DNA of 64,000 nt from Mytilus trossulus (Eukaryota), in contig NC_086374.1 of the NCBI RefSeq assembly GCF_036588685.1, positions 13,454,001-13,518,000 on the forward strand, given 5' to 3'. A program made the translations under genes and the position numbers. The notes beneath the pieces were generated by a model. It was not told where the DNA came from. It was given only the letters and a program-made list of their open reading frames with translations, and made no database searches. This document shows, in pieces, positions 1 to 10,744 of the stretch. Position 1 is the stretch's first letter. Every line of letters begins with the position of its first letter.

Positions 1-335
1 AACTGTTTTGCATTTATCAAGTACAATCTCTTAAAGCTTACTATGTAGTATGGTTTTTGTTCATTGTTGAAGGACATACCTTTAGTCGCTAACTTTTTAC
101 AAAATTTGGTCTTAGTAGAAAGATGTCCCATTACAACATTGTCTTAATTTTTTTTTATTTCAATTTTTACATGATGTTACAATAGTAAGATGCCATTAGT
201 ACATGACTGGACTATATCTGTCACACACAATGTAATGATACTCTTTATGTACTGAAAAATGGCTCCTAACCATAAAACTTAAGTGTTTAAGGAATGAATT
301 TCTCTTTGATGAACCTGTCACATTAACATACTTAC

Positions 336-3300
336 TGAATTAGAACCAGGGAAATCGTATCCTCCCATCACCTTCATGTAAGCCTTCTCTAACAAGGAAA
401 CCCATAACTCATTTTTATTGTTAGAAAATGAACATAAAAGTTCTCGGTCTTTCCCCATTGGTAAAAAGTCATCAACAACAACCTGCAAATAATGTGTTCA
501 ATTAATTAAATCTAGCAAATTTAAATGACAACTTGTGTGCGATATACATATTTTCTAACATCCTGGCACTTTAACTTTCTAAGAGATGAGATTCTCTGTG
601 TTTTACCTCAAACTCTATGGGAAAATACAATTTTTAATTCATGTAGTATACAAATATCATCTTCTGGTAATCTGCTCATATTATAAGTAAACATATAATA
701 TTCAAATGCCTGTGTGACATGTGCAATGTAACATTTCTATTCATCTCAATATCATGTGAAATGTATAATGTTAATGTTCTCTAAACCCCAAAAGGGTAAT
801 GTTACCTTTCTGTAGACTCCATTGAGGTGAAGTTTAATCATATATTTCCCACATGGATTGAAAACTGGATCACCATTTCTGTTCTGAGGATAGATTATCC
901 TGAAAAATTTAAAATACATTTAAAAGAAAGTGTTATACACTTAATAAAAAAAATATATATTTTTTTTTATAAACTAACTTGTAAAACTTGTTTCCCAATG
1001 TTTATATAATGTCCCTACTTTTGTATGGTTCTCTGCTTAACTATTAACTCCACCCAAAGGAAGGTTGAACCTTTGCTAACAATTACTTCATGGTTGAAGC
1101 TAACAAGAGATATAATCTTTACCTACACACTCGAGTCTATGTGCTGTAAACTGAATGTAAACCTTGACTTATCTCATTGAACCATAAATTGATTCACAAC
1201 TTTTTTAGCCAAAAAATTGTGCAAAAAATATTATACCACTTTATACCAAACAGCATTTACTAATTGGAAGATAATTAAGAACCTTTTCTTCTTGAATTTG
1301 TTTTATACTAAGATTGCCTTTCAAGCAGTTTATAAAACCTACTATTTAAAGAAAAGAAAAGTTACCCACCTAGTTATCAGTTTCTTTTTAAATCTTCTCT
1401 CATACTGAGCACTGATGGCCAGTGAGGCTACAAAACTACAGTCACTAACAATTGTCTAAAATGAAAAAATAAAAGTATATAAATGAAGTCCCTATAAATG
1501 GTATGAACTTATATAATGAAGCCATTAAACAATAGTCATAAACAATGCTCTGTAATAAAATTTCACGAAAACATCCACCAAAATTACGGATTGTTAAGTA
1601 GAACTGTAAACATACCAGTATTTAGATAAATTGCATCATTATGTTGGTGGTTTTTTTTTTTTTAAATATACACCATTTATGCTTTTATTTATACTAAAAC
1701 AAGAAATCTAAAAAAGAAATAATGAATATAGATCATAAATCTACCTGGTAATGCAATGTGCTAAATAGCCATCATTTAAAAAGTGAAAATCTATTGTTCT
1801 TATTATGTTTCTTTAAGTAATATTTTGACTGTTCTCTTTTGTTCTGATTTTACAGAGAAATTCTGTAAGTAATATCCAGTCTTTATTTTCTGTGATCTTT
1901 TTTCTGTTCATTCCTATTCCAACACAGCTCTATGAAATGTACCTGTTTGATGCTAAAACATGAAATGGCATATATAAGTTGTGGATTATCACAGAATTCC
2001 TCAGGTCTCTTCCATCCTGCAAACCTTTCTCTCTGTTTAGGTGACAAAGCTAACTTCCCACATTTATCACTACAAAAATAGAAAACAGTAAATTTTTTAC
2101 ACAATTAACAGATCTATATTATATTAACAGTTCTTTTTAATGTAAGGTTGAAAGTGAGCCAATAATTTAAAAAAGGTTCTCTTTAATATGGGCATGATGG
2201 GTTATAATACAATGTACAAATTAACTGTACCAACATAAAGAGTTCAGCTTAAGGATGAACTTGGGTGAAGTTTAGGAATTTTTGTTAAATGTTAGAACCC
2301 TTTGGTTTTCCCCTATGATAAAAGATAAAATATTTTGCCCCAAAACATACATTTTTCTTTTCATATAAGACATTTAAGTCATATGAAATGAGTTAAAAAT
2401 AATTTTAATCCAATTCTAGAACCAATGCATACAAATATCATCAACTTAGTCTTCGGTGCGAGATTTTATCATTTTCCCCCATAAATTTAGTATAACCGTC
2501 AAAAAAAATTTCAATCTTTCAGTGTTGTTGTGAAAATATGGCAGGTAATTAATGGATAGGTTTTGAAGACAAAGTTTAATGATTGTCACTCATTTGTAAA
2601 CAATCAACAAAGAAGCATGGATATTCAGGTACAATGATATATAGTTTATCTTGATGATGGGGCGATTTTTACATTTGGTTTTCCATTCACACTTGCATAT
2701 TGAGATCACCGGATTTTTACGAGAATGGTCACGCTATATACAGAAAACATGTCGGCGAATTGTTTGCTGGAAGCAATCCATAGAAAAAGTAAACTTCTTC
2801 TAAATTTGGACAAATTATAGAGAAGTATAGGTACACATATTAAAGTTTTATAACAAAAATTATCGCACCGCGGGTATATTATCACGTGATTGGTTTAACG
2901 CCGTCACGTGGTGACCCCCTATGAGACAGTAGGGGGTTAGTAAGTTTCATAGGGGGTTCGTGACGCGGTAATGGTGACGTCATCTATTAATGTTGTTGTG
3001 TTTCGTTGTTTATTTTACAACAAAACGCAGCAGAAAAAATCTAGCGTGCGATAAATTCGTTATACCGTTAACTACTGACCCCCTACGGATCTAAATTTCA
3101 CCCAAGAAATCCTAAAATTCCTATGATTAAATGTTAACTGAATTTACACATGTACACCTTTGAAATCTCTATAAACACCTATCATGATAAAAGTAGAAAT
3201 ATATGAATGAACTGCTGCAAACATTTAATGACTTTACTATTTTCATTTTTTGTTAGGTACCCGTATATAACTTGAAATACGATTTTCTTATGGGTAACCT

Positions 3301-6300
3301 ACCTATATGGTACAGGAAAGGCAAACTTTTCTTTCATATCTACACTCATAAAAGGCACATATTCTCTTCCATTAATAAAGGAGGTTTTTCTGAGCACAGC
3401 TATCTCTTCTTTTGAGTAATCAGATGGACCAAGAGTTATCAAACCAGTCCTTGCTGTCTTGTTTGGTGCATTTGTCCTTTGATTATGTGCAGTAGTCTCC
3501 CCTTCATCTAAGAAGGCACCATGGCCTAATGGTGCCACTTTCTTTTCAGGTAACTTCCCTACATTTCCTTTCTTAGTTATTGCTTGTTTTACCACCTCTG
3601 CCCTAAATTGAAAAATAAAATTGGGGAAACTAGTGCAATTTTTTTCATAACTTAACAAATCATACTGAAGTCAAATCTATTTTTTTTTATCAGTTTGGAC
3701 TGATTTCAAATTTACAATAATATAATCTAATTAAAGTGAAATTGGTCGCTGCAGAGATTTAATTCTAATTCAGATTTTGATCAAAGGAGTAGGTCCGTTA
3801 AGACCTCTTTTTGGCCCCAAAATATAGCCGTTTTACAAAATTGTTAAAATATAAACTTTTACTTATTTATTGGATAGTAGAATGGTTCTGCTACATAAAT
3901 ATGGGCTGTTTTTGACAATACAATGCACATATATTGGGTACTAGCACCATGAAGTCGTGCTAAATTACTGAAATCTTCACAATTCCAGCATTTTAGTTAA
4001 ACTTTAGACGGTTTCCGGGTAAAACGAAAGTGGCCGCATTCGTGTTCATCCAAAATATTGAAATGGAAGTTGTATTTGATGATGATACATAATATATGTA
4101 AAGATTGAGGATGAACACGGATGCGGCCACTTTCGTTTTTGACAAAAACCATCTGAAAAGTGACTTTTTTTTGGATATTTGGTAGATTTTTCATATTTGA
4201 GCTTGAATCAGATCGTTTTTAATGACTTAATAAGTTAAAATCTTGCACATAAATTAATTGAATCATATGAAATAGACACTTAAGTGTTTAAAAAGTGGTC
4301 AAAATCTTTCGTCAGATGAAACTGAAATTTGGGGCCAAAATCAGTCCTTACCGGACCTACTCCTTTTGTAAGCATTTAAAACTTGTTAAATTGCACCTGA
4401 ATTAATTATAAATAAAATGCTCTACTAGTGTGCAGCTTGATACACTGCAGATGTTCAACCCTGAACACAATGATGTATTCTTCTGTCTCTGATTATATAT
4501 TGTAAACTGACCTATCCAAAGCACTCTTAGCCATCTTTTCAACCTTTGCTTGTAAACTTTTGTCAGACGTATTGCTCCTCTGTAATAAAGAAAATCAGAA
4601 TAGAACAAGTTATATTTATATTTTCCAATCATTGTTATAGATTATTACATTTCATATTTTCTTGGTTATTGTGCATACAGATGTATTATATAACTGCAAA
4701 TATTTCAGATAATTTTTTCAAAATTTCAGTGAAAATTTTCACTTTAATTTGAAATAACAAAATGATTTATTGCCACAACATGCCAAATTAGAATTTATGG
4801 ACCAATTGGTCATCTAAAATATACTTACTACTTGATCTATATAATTTTTGGGAGAAGACACAATTGTTAAATCTGTGTGTCTAAACAAAATATCTCACAT
4901 TCAGCTTCATAAACAATTTTTAATGCAAGGGGTATCAATTTAAAAGGAACTGTTCCAATAAATGAATGGACATACAATTTATTTTTATCTCTAAGAAATT
5001 TTAAGGGGTGAACAAAAAGAATCTTGAACAACTGTTACTAGTTGATATATAAGGTATTTTTAAATATGTAACTCCTAATAGCCATTGTTATGAGCATCCA
5101 TTTTTGTTCTTATGTTGGCATTTTACTCAACTTACTCTGTTTTCAAAGTTTACAGAATAAAGCCTATGTTTTTAAATCATAATGATGAGCATGAACCTCA
5201 GGACTTTTAATCAATCAAATAATCTATTAGAGTACTTAACCTTTAACAGACATAATACCAATGAATATATTGTAGGTTGAGTAAATTTCAATAAGAATGC
5301 AAGACAAAAACACAAGATCACCAAAACAAACACGTAAGAGGTCAACTTATGCTGAGTTCACACATAATTCATATTCGATTTGCATTAACTAATTCGAATT
5401 GGAATGCGTTTCAAATTCGCTTTGTTGTCCTAACGACGTTAACTTTTAATTTGGATTAACAAAAACATGTTTCTAATGAGAATTATTTAATTCGAATTAG
5501 CTTATTCGAATTAAAAAAAGAAGAATGTGAGAACGCGATTAGCGAATTCGATTCGCCTTTCGATTTGAATTCAAATCAAATCAAAGGTACGTGTGAACGA
5601 GGCATGAGAGTCTTCAACCATGGATATGCATCATCATGTAAGCAGGGAGCTGTTTGCAGTAACTTAAGTGACTTAAGTGACAATAATAGAGTTTTATGAA
5701 ATAGCATTGATAAATTTGATTGATTTATTCTTACAATCTTTAGAAATAATTCCACTGCTTCAGAGTAGAGTTCTACAGCATCTTTAAGGTTTTCAGATTC
5801 ATCTTCATCAAATGCTTGGTTCAACAAAAATGTTGCTCTTTCAAGGTTTAACTGAATAATATCAAATAATTACTAACATAAACATTGGCTTGTAAGTATA
5901 AATACTGGTATGTATTTTAAAATACTTAAAATATTGAAGCAAACTTGGTCTTTCATCATACTTCTACTGTTACTGTACCTGTATAAACTCCGACTCAGTT
6001 CATTTTTAATTCTCTTCAAAGTTTGGTAGTTAATCTTATTTGCTATATCATACTTTCATCATATCAACCTGACATTATGACTATCTCTTAACCATCAACA
6101 TATTCTTATCAAAAACTTTCTTCTGCCAATTTTGTTTTTACTTTCTTTGAATAATCTTTGTAAGTTTTTTGATTTTTTTAATTAATCAAAGTTTTATTGC
6201 ACTTTTGCTGTTAACAATTTATCTTTGTAAGTTTTCAAGCAAAATTTGACTTGTATAAGTTTCAGTAGAATAATACAAATTATATCTAATTTTAAATACT

Positions 6301-7485
6301 TTTGTTACTTTTAAATATACACGATTATATTGAAATGTAATTTGCGACACCTTTTCACAGATGTAATTTTCAAGTTATATCTCTAAGTACATTGTACCAG
6401 ATATATACTGTTTGAGCAGCATTTTTGGTAAGCTTGATTTTAAAGTAAATCTATTGGAGAGTGTTTATCTATTGAAAAGTTAAACCATATGTGCTCACTT
6501 TTTTCCAAAACAGATGAACCAGTTTAACACTAAAAATAAAGATTATACCTTTTCTTCAGACTTTGGTTGTTGCTGGTTTTGTTTAACTTGTGCAGCTGCA
6601 AAAAAACAACATGTTTTTCTTATTCTCACTATTCAAATAAATGTTTGTTAGAAATGCACTATCATGACTATGGTTGTTAAATACATGTACATGTTTTGAT
6701 TACAGATTTTTTTTATTATCTGTTTATTTTTTGTTAAAATAATTCACCATTTTTTTACATTCAGGAATTTGATCACCCTCAAACTGTTTCATCAAATGAT
6801 CTTCTTTACCTCATACTGTTTAAAGAAAAATGAAAATTGCTGCAGACAAATAGGAATTCCCCCCCCCCCCCCCCCCCCTGTAAACCTTAAATATTTTATA
6901 ATCTTTGCAGTGTGTAAGAATTGCAATCTAAAGTCACATACCTGCCGACTTGAGTTGTTCAGCTCTAAGAATGTAATCATTTGCTCTTTCTACAATGTTA
7001 GGGACATGTGAACCTGCTAATGCAGCACTCAATAAAGCCTGAGCTGCTTCCTGTTCAATGAAGAGCATCAAGAATGTATGAAGTTGTCAAGACTTGAATG
7101 GCCTTGTTTTAAATCAACAAATTTTAAATTGAAATTATTTCTCATACAAGTTTCATCAAATTGCATGAAAAAAACCTCAGAAATGTTGAGTTATTAAAAT
7201 ACATCTATACTTTAACAGTACTTCATCTTTTCAAATTTCTATCTAACTGATTGAAAAATGTTGATTAAACATTGATCTTTGCAATGATTTAATAAGAACA
7301 TAATTCTTAAAACTAAAAACATTGAAAAACATGAACTAAGATAATTTAAGACTTACATTATAATAAAATATTGCCATGCCATAGTTCTCGTTCGTATCAT
7401 TGTTAACTGCCTGAACAGCAAATGCCTTGCCATCGTTTTCTAAAGCTGTAGGATCAGGAGCATAATCATCACAACTAGGATCCAT
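336..7485 (-). CDS. CAPN7: Calpain-7 (PalB-type; two MIT domains plus start of the CysPc protease domain), 3'-partial, continues beyond the window start
   Basis: Ten GT-AG exons with consistent phases: 7485-7357, 7050-6942, 6595-6549, 5851-5735, 4579-4512, 3602-3303, 2069-1943, 1455-1370, 899-806, 482-336. The translation includes MIT1 ([15 protein letters not shown]...AIFYYNEAAQAL), MIT2 ([33 protein letters not shown]), the catalytic Cys motif [21 protein letters not shown]...[14 protein letters not shown] and [25 protein letters not shown]. Confidence 0.96.
2249..3115. mobile_element. Degenerate MITE-like element, probably with a nested insertion at ~2855-3090
   Basis: ttaaggatgaacttgggtgaagtttag at 2249 is an imperfect inverted repeat of ctaaatttcacccaagaaatcctaa at ~3091-3115. 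The inner segment has a tatcgcac/gtgcgata inverted pair and an agcgtgc(g/a)ataaattc motif that recurs at ~27430. Confidence 0.5.
3785..4364. mobile_element. Non-autonomous DNA transposon (MITE; Kolobok-like ends)
   Basis: TIR aggagtaggtccg(t/g)taag at 3785 pairs with cttaccggacctactcct ending at 4364. There is an internal ~31-bp inverted repeat at 4021-4051 and 4109-4140. Confidence 0.75.
5349..5605. mobile_element. MITE with imperfect TIRs (Harbinger/Tourist-like)
   Basis: Ends are atgctgagttcacac ... gtgtgaacgaggcat. The interior is rich in ttcgaa/aattcg palindromes. Confidence 0.55.
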
Positions 7486-7651
7486 TTCTTGGTGTTTATT
7501 TCATTGTATTCATCATAATAACCTATCAAATATCAAATACAAATTTAAAACATAAGTTTGTTGGGCATCTATACAAAATACTGACTGTTGAAAGATCCAC
7601 AAAATTGTTTCGTAAAATTAGAGATTTGGTGAAAAATCAAATTGTGTGCTA

Positions 7652-8244
7652 CAGTCAAACCTGTATTCATGGTATTTAGTAATCATCACTCAAAACAGAC
7701 AAGAGTAAAACAGGAGGAACACATGCATATAGGAATGTAAATCTCCATTGAGTCTTTCATCATGATTACATTGGTAGTTCATACAATTAACATGACCCTT
7801 AGTTAAAAATTGAAATGAAGATTTTGTGAAAAAATTAAGGATGTGTTATGTGACCAATATTGACAAGTATATTAATAGAACTTAAATACCCTGAGGTGTG
7901 TATACAGCGGTGGATCCTATGACATTATTAATGTGGTCAGTACCTCTCTCAATACCTTAAACATGTGCTATGTCTGGTCCAGATCTTTGTTGAAGGGAAT
8001 TCACACAGACTACTTAACATTTTTTGCTCAAAGAGTATTTGGTTATCAAATTGTTGATATAAACAAAATATATGTCAATTTGCAACATTGAACCCCTGTG
8101 GTATCCAAAATAGGCTTTGACTCATGTACAATACCTAAGTGGGCAATTGCCTTTGTGAAAACCTTTGAAATAAGCAGGTCTAAAAGTGAAAATTAGAGTC
8201 ATGTTACTGTTGAAACAAGTTGATTATTGAGGCAGGTCGGTCTG
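7652..8244. mobile_element. Probable Tc1/mariner-family non-autonomous element
   Basis: TA|cagtcaaacctg ... caggtcggtctg|TA: imperfect TIRs flanked by TA. Confidence 0.45.
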
Positions 8245-8957
8245 TATTTAAGACGTCATGTAACAAAAGCTTACACATAAATTTTCAATGAAGACCTGGC
8301 CTTGAAGGCATAAAACTTTGCTCAGTGCTCAGAGCACAAAAATCATGCTCGAAAGTTTTATGACCGTGAGGCCATATTTCCCATTGTGTCAATTTATAAT
8401 TGAAATTATATACACTCTATGCTGTTCACTTCCTTCCAGAGCCTGCTTTCAGAGCAGCTCTAAAACCCTGTATTGAGTCAGCTGATCCTCACACCTTATT
8501 GCTTTTTGTCTGCCTATTTACTGGCCATCACAAACATGACAAAGGTTCCTGGAAAATTTTGACAATATAATAGAAAATATCTGAAGCCACAAAGGAAAGG
8601 CGATTGTTGTATGATGTTAATATACAGTATTTCTATTTGTCTGCCATGTCTGGACATCACTAAGGTTTCCATAAAATTTTGACGTTAGTACAGAATACAT
8701 CATGTACATGTAATACAAAATATCTGACGACACAATGCAGAAGTGATTGTTGTGTGACGTCAACGGTTGAAGGGAGACAGATTCTCAGGTCAGCTGGGAC
8801 ACAATTTCAAATAGCAATAAAGTGTATAGTTCAACAGACACAGATTTCCAAAATCCAAATAGCAATAAGGTGTATAATTATGACATGTATGATGTTGGTA
8901 AAACAATTCTTATTTGAAAAAGGTAGTAAAAGAGGTCATTTTAAGGCCTTATCAAAC

Positions 8958-10329
8958 GAATTCAAGTCAAATCGGCACCTGGTTAAATCGGCACCTAGTC
9001 AAATTGGCACCTGGTTAAATCGGCACTTGAAGTAGTCAATTCGGCACCCATGTTAAATTTGTTTAATATATATGTTGTGTACAAGATGTAACTTTGTACA
9101 AGTTATAAGTTTTTCGACACACATTTTCTTTAATACACCAGGTGTCAGATACAAGTTTATCTTTAAAAATGTTCTAGTTCAATCTTTAAATTCAAATTTA
9201 TATACTTTAACCTAATTTAACATTTCATGCTATTATCCTTGTACATGTCCTCACAATGGAAAATGAGGATACCTGAATGGTTTAAATTCTAATTTTAATT
9301 TTCTCCTGATACCACACATATCCAGAAAAAGTCTTTTTGTGGTCTAATAATGTTTTTGTATTAATTCTCACTATTAGATTGTATCATATAGTTGTGAAAA
9401 TAAGACAGAAATATGCGAAACAAAAGCAGGTGTTACATTGTGTTTTCACTATGGACTTGATTACAGTTATTAATTAATTGAAAAGAAAATTTATCAAAAC
9501 ATGAGTCACATAATGTTGAGAAAACTTTAAATGATTAACTTTTGTATTTTTACCATGTTTACTGCTTGATGCTTTTTAACATGTAATGCATGATAAAATC
9601 AAACCCCCAAAATAGATCATAATCGAATTTATACATTTTTAGAATTATTTATATATACAAATTCAAATATACAAATATTTTATTGGCACAAACACAATTA
9701 CAATTATTGGCAATTGCCCATACAACTGATATACAAACAGTAATAATGCATAGAATATCAATAGGCATATTTCGAACAATATCATCGAACGATATCAATA
9801 TCATCAACAGTATTAAATGATTAAAAAAAGATATATCAATTACATAGTTGGTCAAACAAAATAAGTATTGAAAATAACGACAATATTAATATGTAATATT
9901 ATGAACAATGATTATTAGCAATTTTATAGAGTTTGTTCTGCTTTACGCAGGTTCAAACTGTCTGAGATGAAAGAGGAAGTTAATTTTAGGATTGTGTATG
10001 AATTATTATTTAATAAAAAGATTATATTATTTTCATGTTTTTGAAATTTTGTAGGATCAACAATTATATTTGAAACTTTATGGTAAAATATGTCCCTCTT
10101 AGTAGAGTATTTTTCACAATGTAAAAGAAAATCTGAGACTATTATGCTAGTATATTTAAATTACTTACTTAGCATAATAGTCCCAGTCCCATATATTATA
10201 TCAAATATTATTGGATGCCGAATTGACTTTACATAGGTGCCAATTTGACTAGATGCTGATTTAACCAGGTGCCGATTTGACTTTTTCTATGGGTGCCGAT
10301 TAGACCAGGTGCCGATTTGACTTGTACCC
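8958..10329. mobile_element. MULE/foldback-like non-autonomous element with tandem-repeat TIRs and a 9-bp TSD
   Basis: The left arm is an array of ~16-bp aaatcggcacctggt units (8958-9050) and the right arm is the inverted array (10215-10329). The direct repeat ttatcaaac lies at 8949-8957 and 10330-10338. Confidence 0.85.
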
Positions 10330-10484
10330 TTATCAAACATACTCCTATAAATATTTTATCTTGCTGATTACTGTCATGAATGGAAAATAAAATAATAAGA
10401 AAAAACAACCAGTAATAAACATTTTTTTTTTCTAGATTTGTAAACAAATTTGAATGAGTGAAAAAAAAAAAAGGAAACTTATAC

Positions 10485-10744
10485 CTGTCACCAGAGAAAT
10501 ATAATATTGTATTATATGTCTCTGCTGTCACAAGTCACAATCATAAAAATATTACAGATATAATAAGTAAAAATAATATCCGTCTTCATTTGTTACGGTT
10601 ACACATGAAGAAAGGCGAACACAAGTGAGTTACCAATGTACTGTTGACTATGACTGTATTTTCGATTTCGTTAAGTTCTTCAATCTGAAGGTAGAAAAAG
10701 ACGTCGTGTGTAACTCACAGACCGGACGCGGTGAAACTTCGGAA
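10485..10744. promoter_or_regulatory. Putative bidirectional promoter / 5'UTR region shared by CAPN7 and DNAJC1
   Basis: CpG-containing stretch just upstream of the DNAJC1 ATG. A minus-strand donor (CAG|GTATAAG at 10485/10484) could splice to the acceptor at 7523-7524, just before the CAPN7 ATG. No transcript evidence is available. Confidence 0.5.

Noticed and set aside
6859-6878. Poly-C tract read as a poly-Pro or poly-Gly ORF
   Set aside because: It is an intronic homopolymer, and the ORFs around it have no support.
8958-9050. CRISPR-like array of short repeats
   Set aside because: The units are contiguous with no unique spacers, they are mirrored at 10215-10329 as transposon arms, and the context is eukaryotic with no cas genes.
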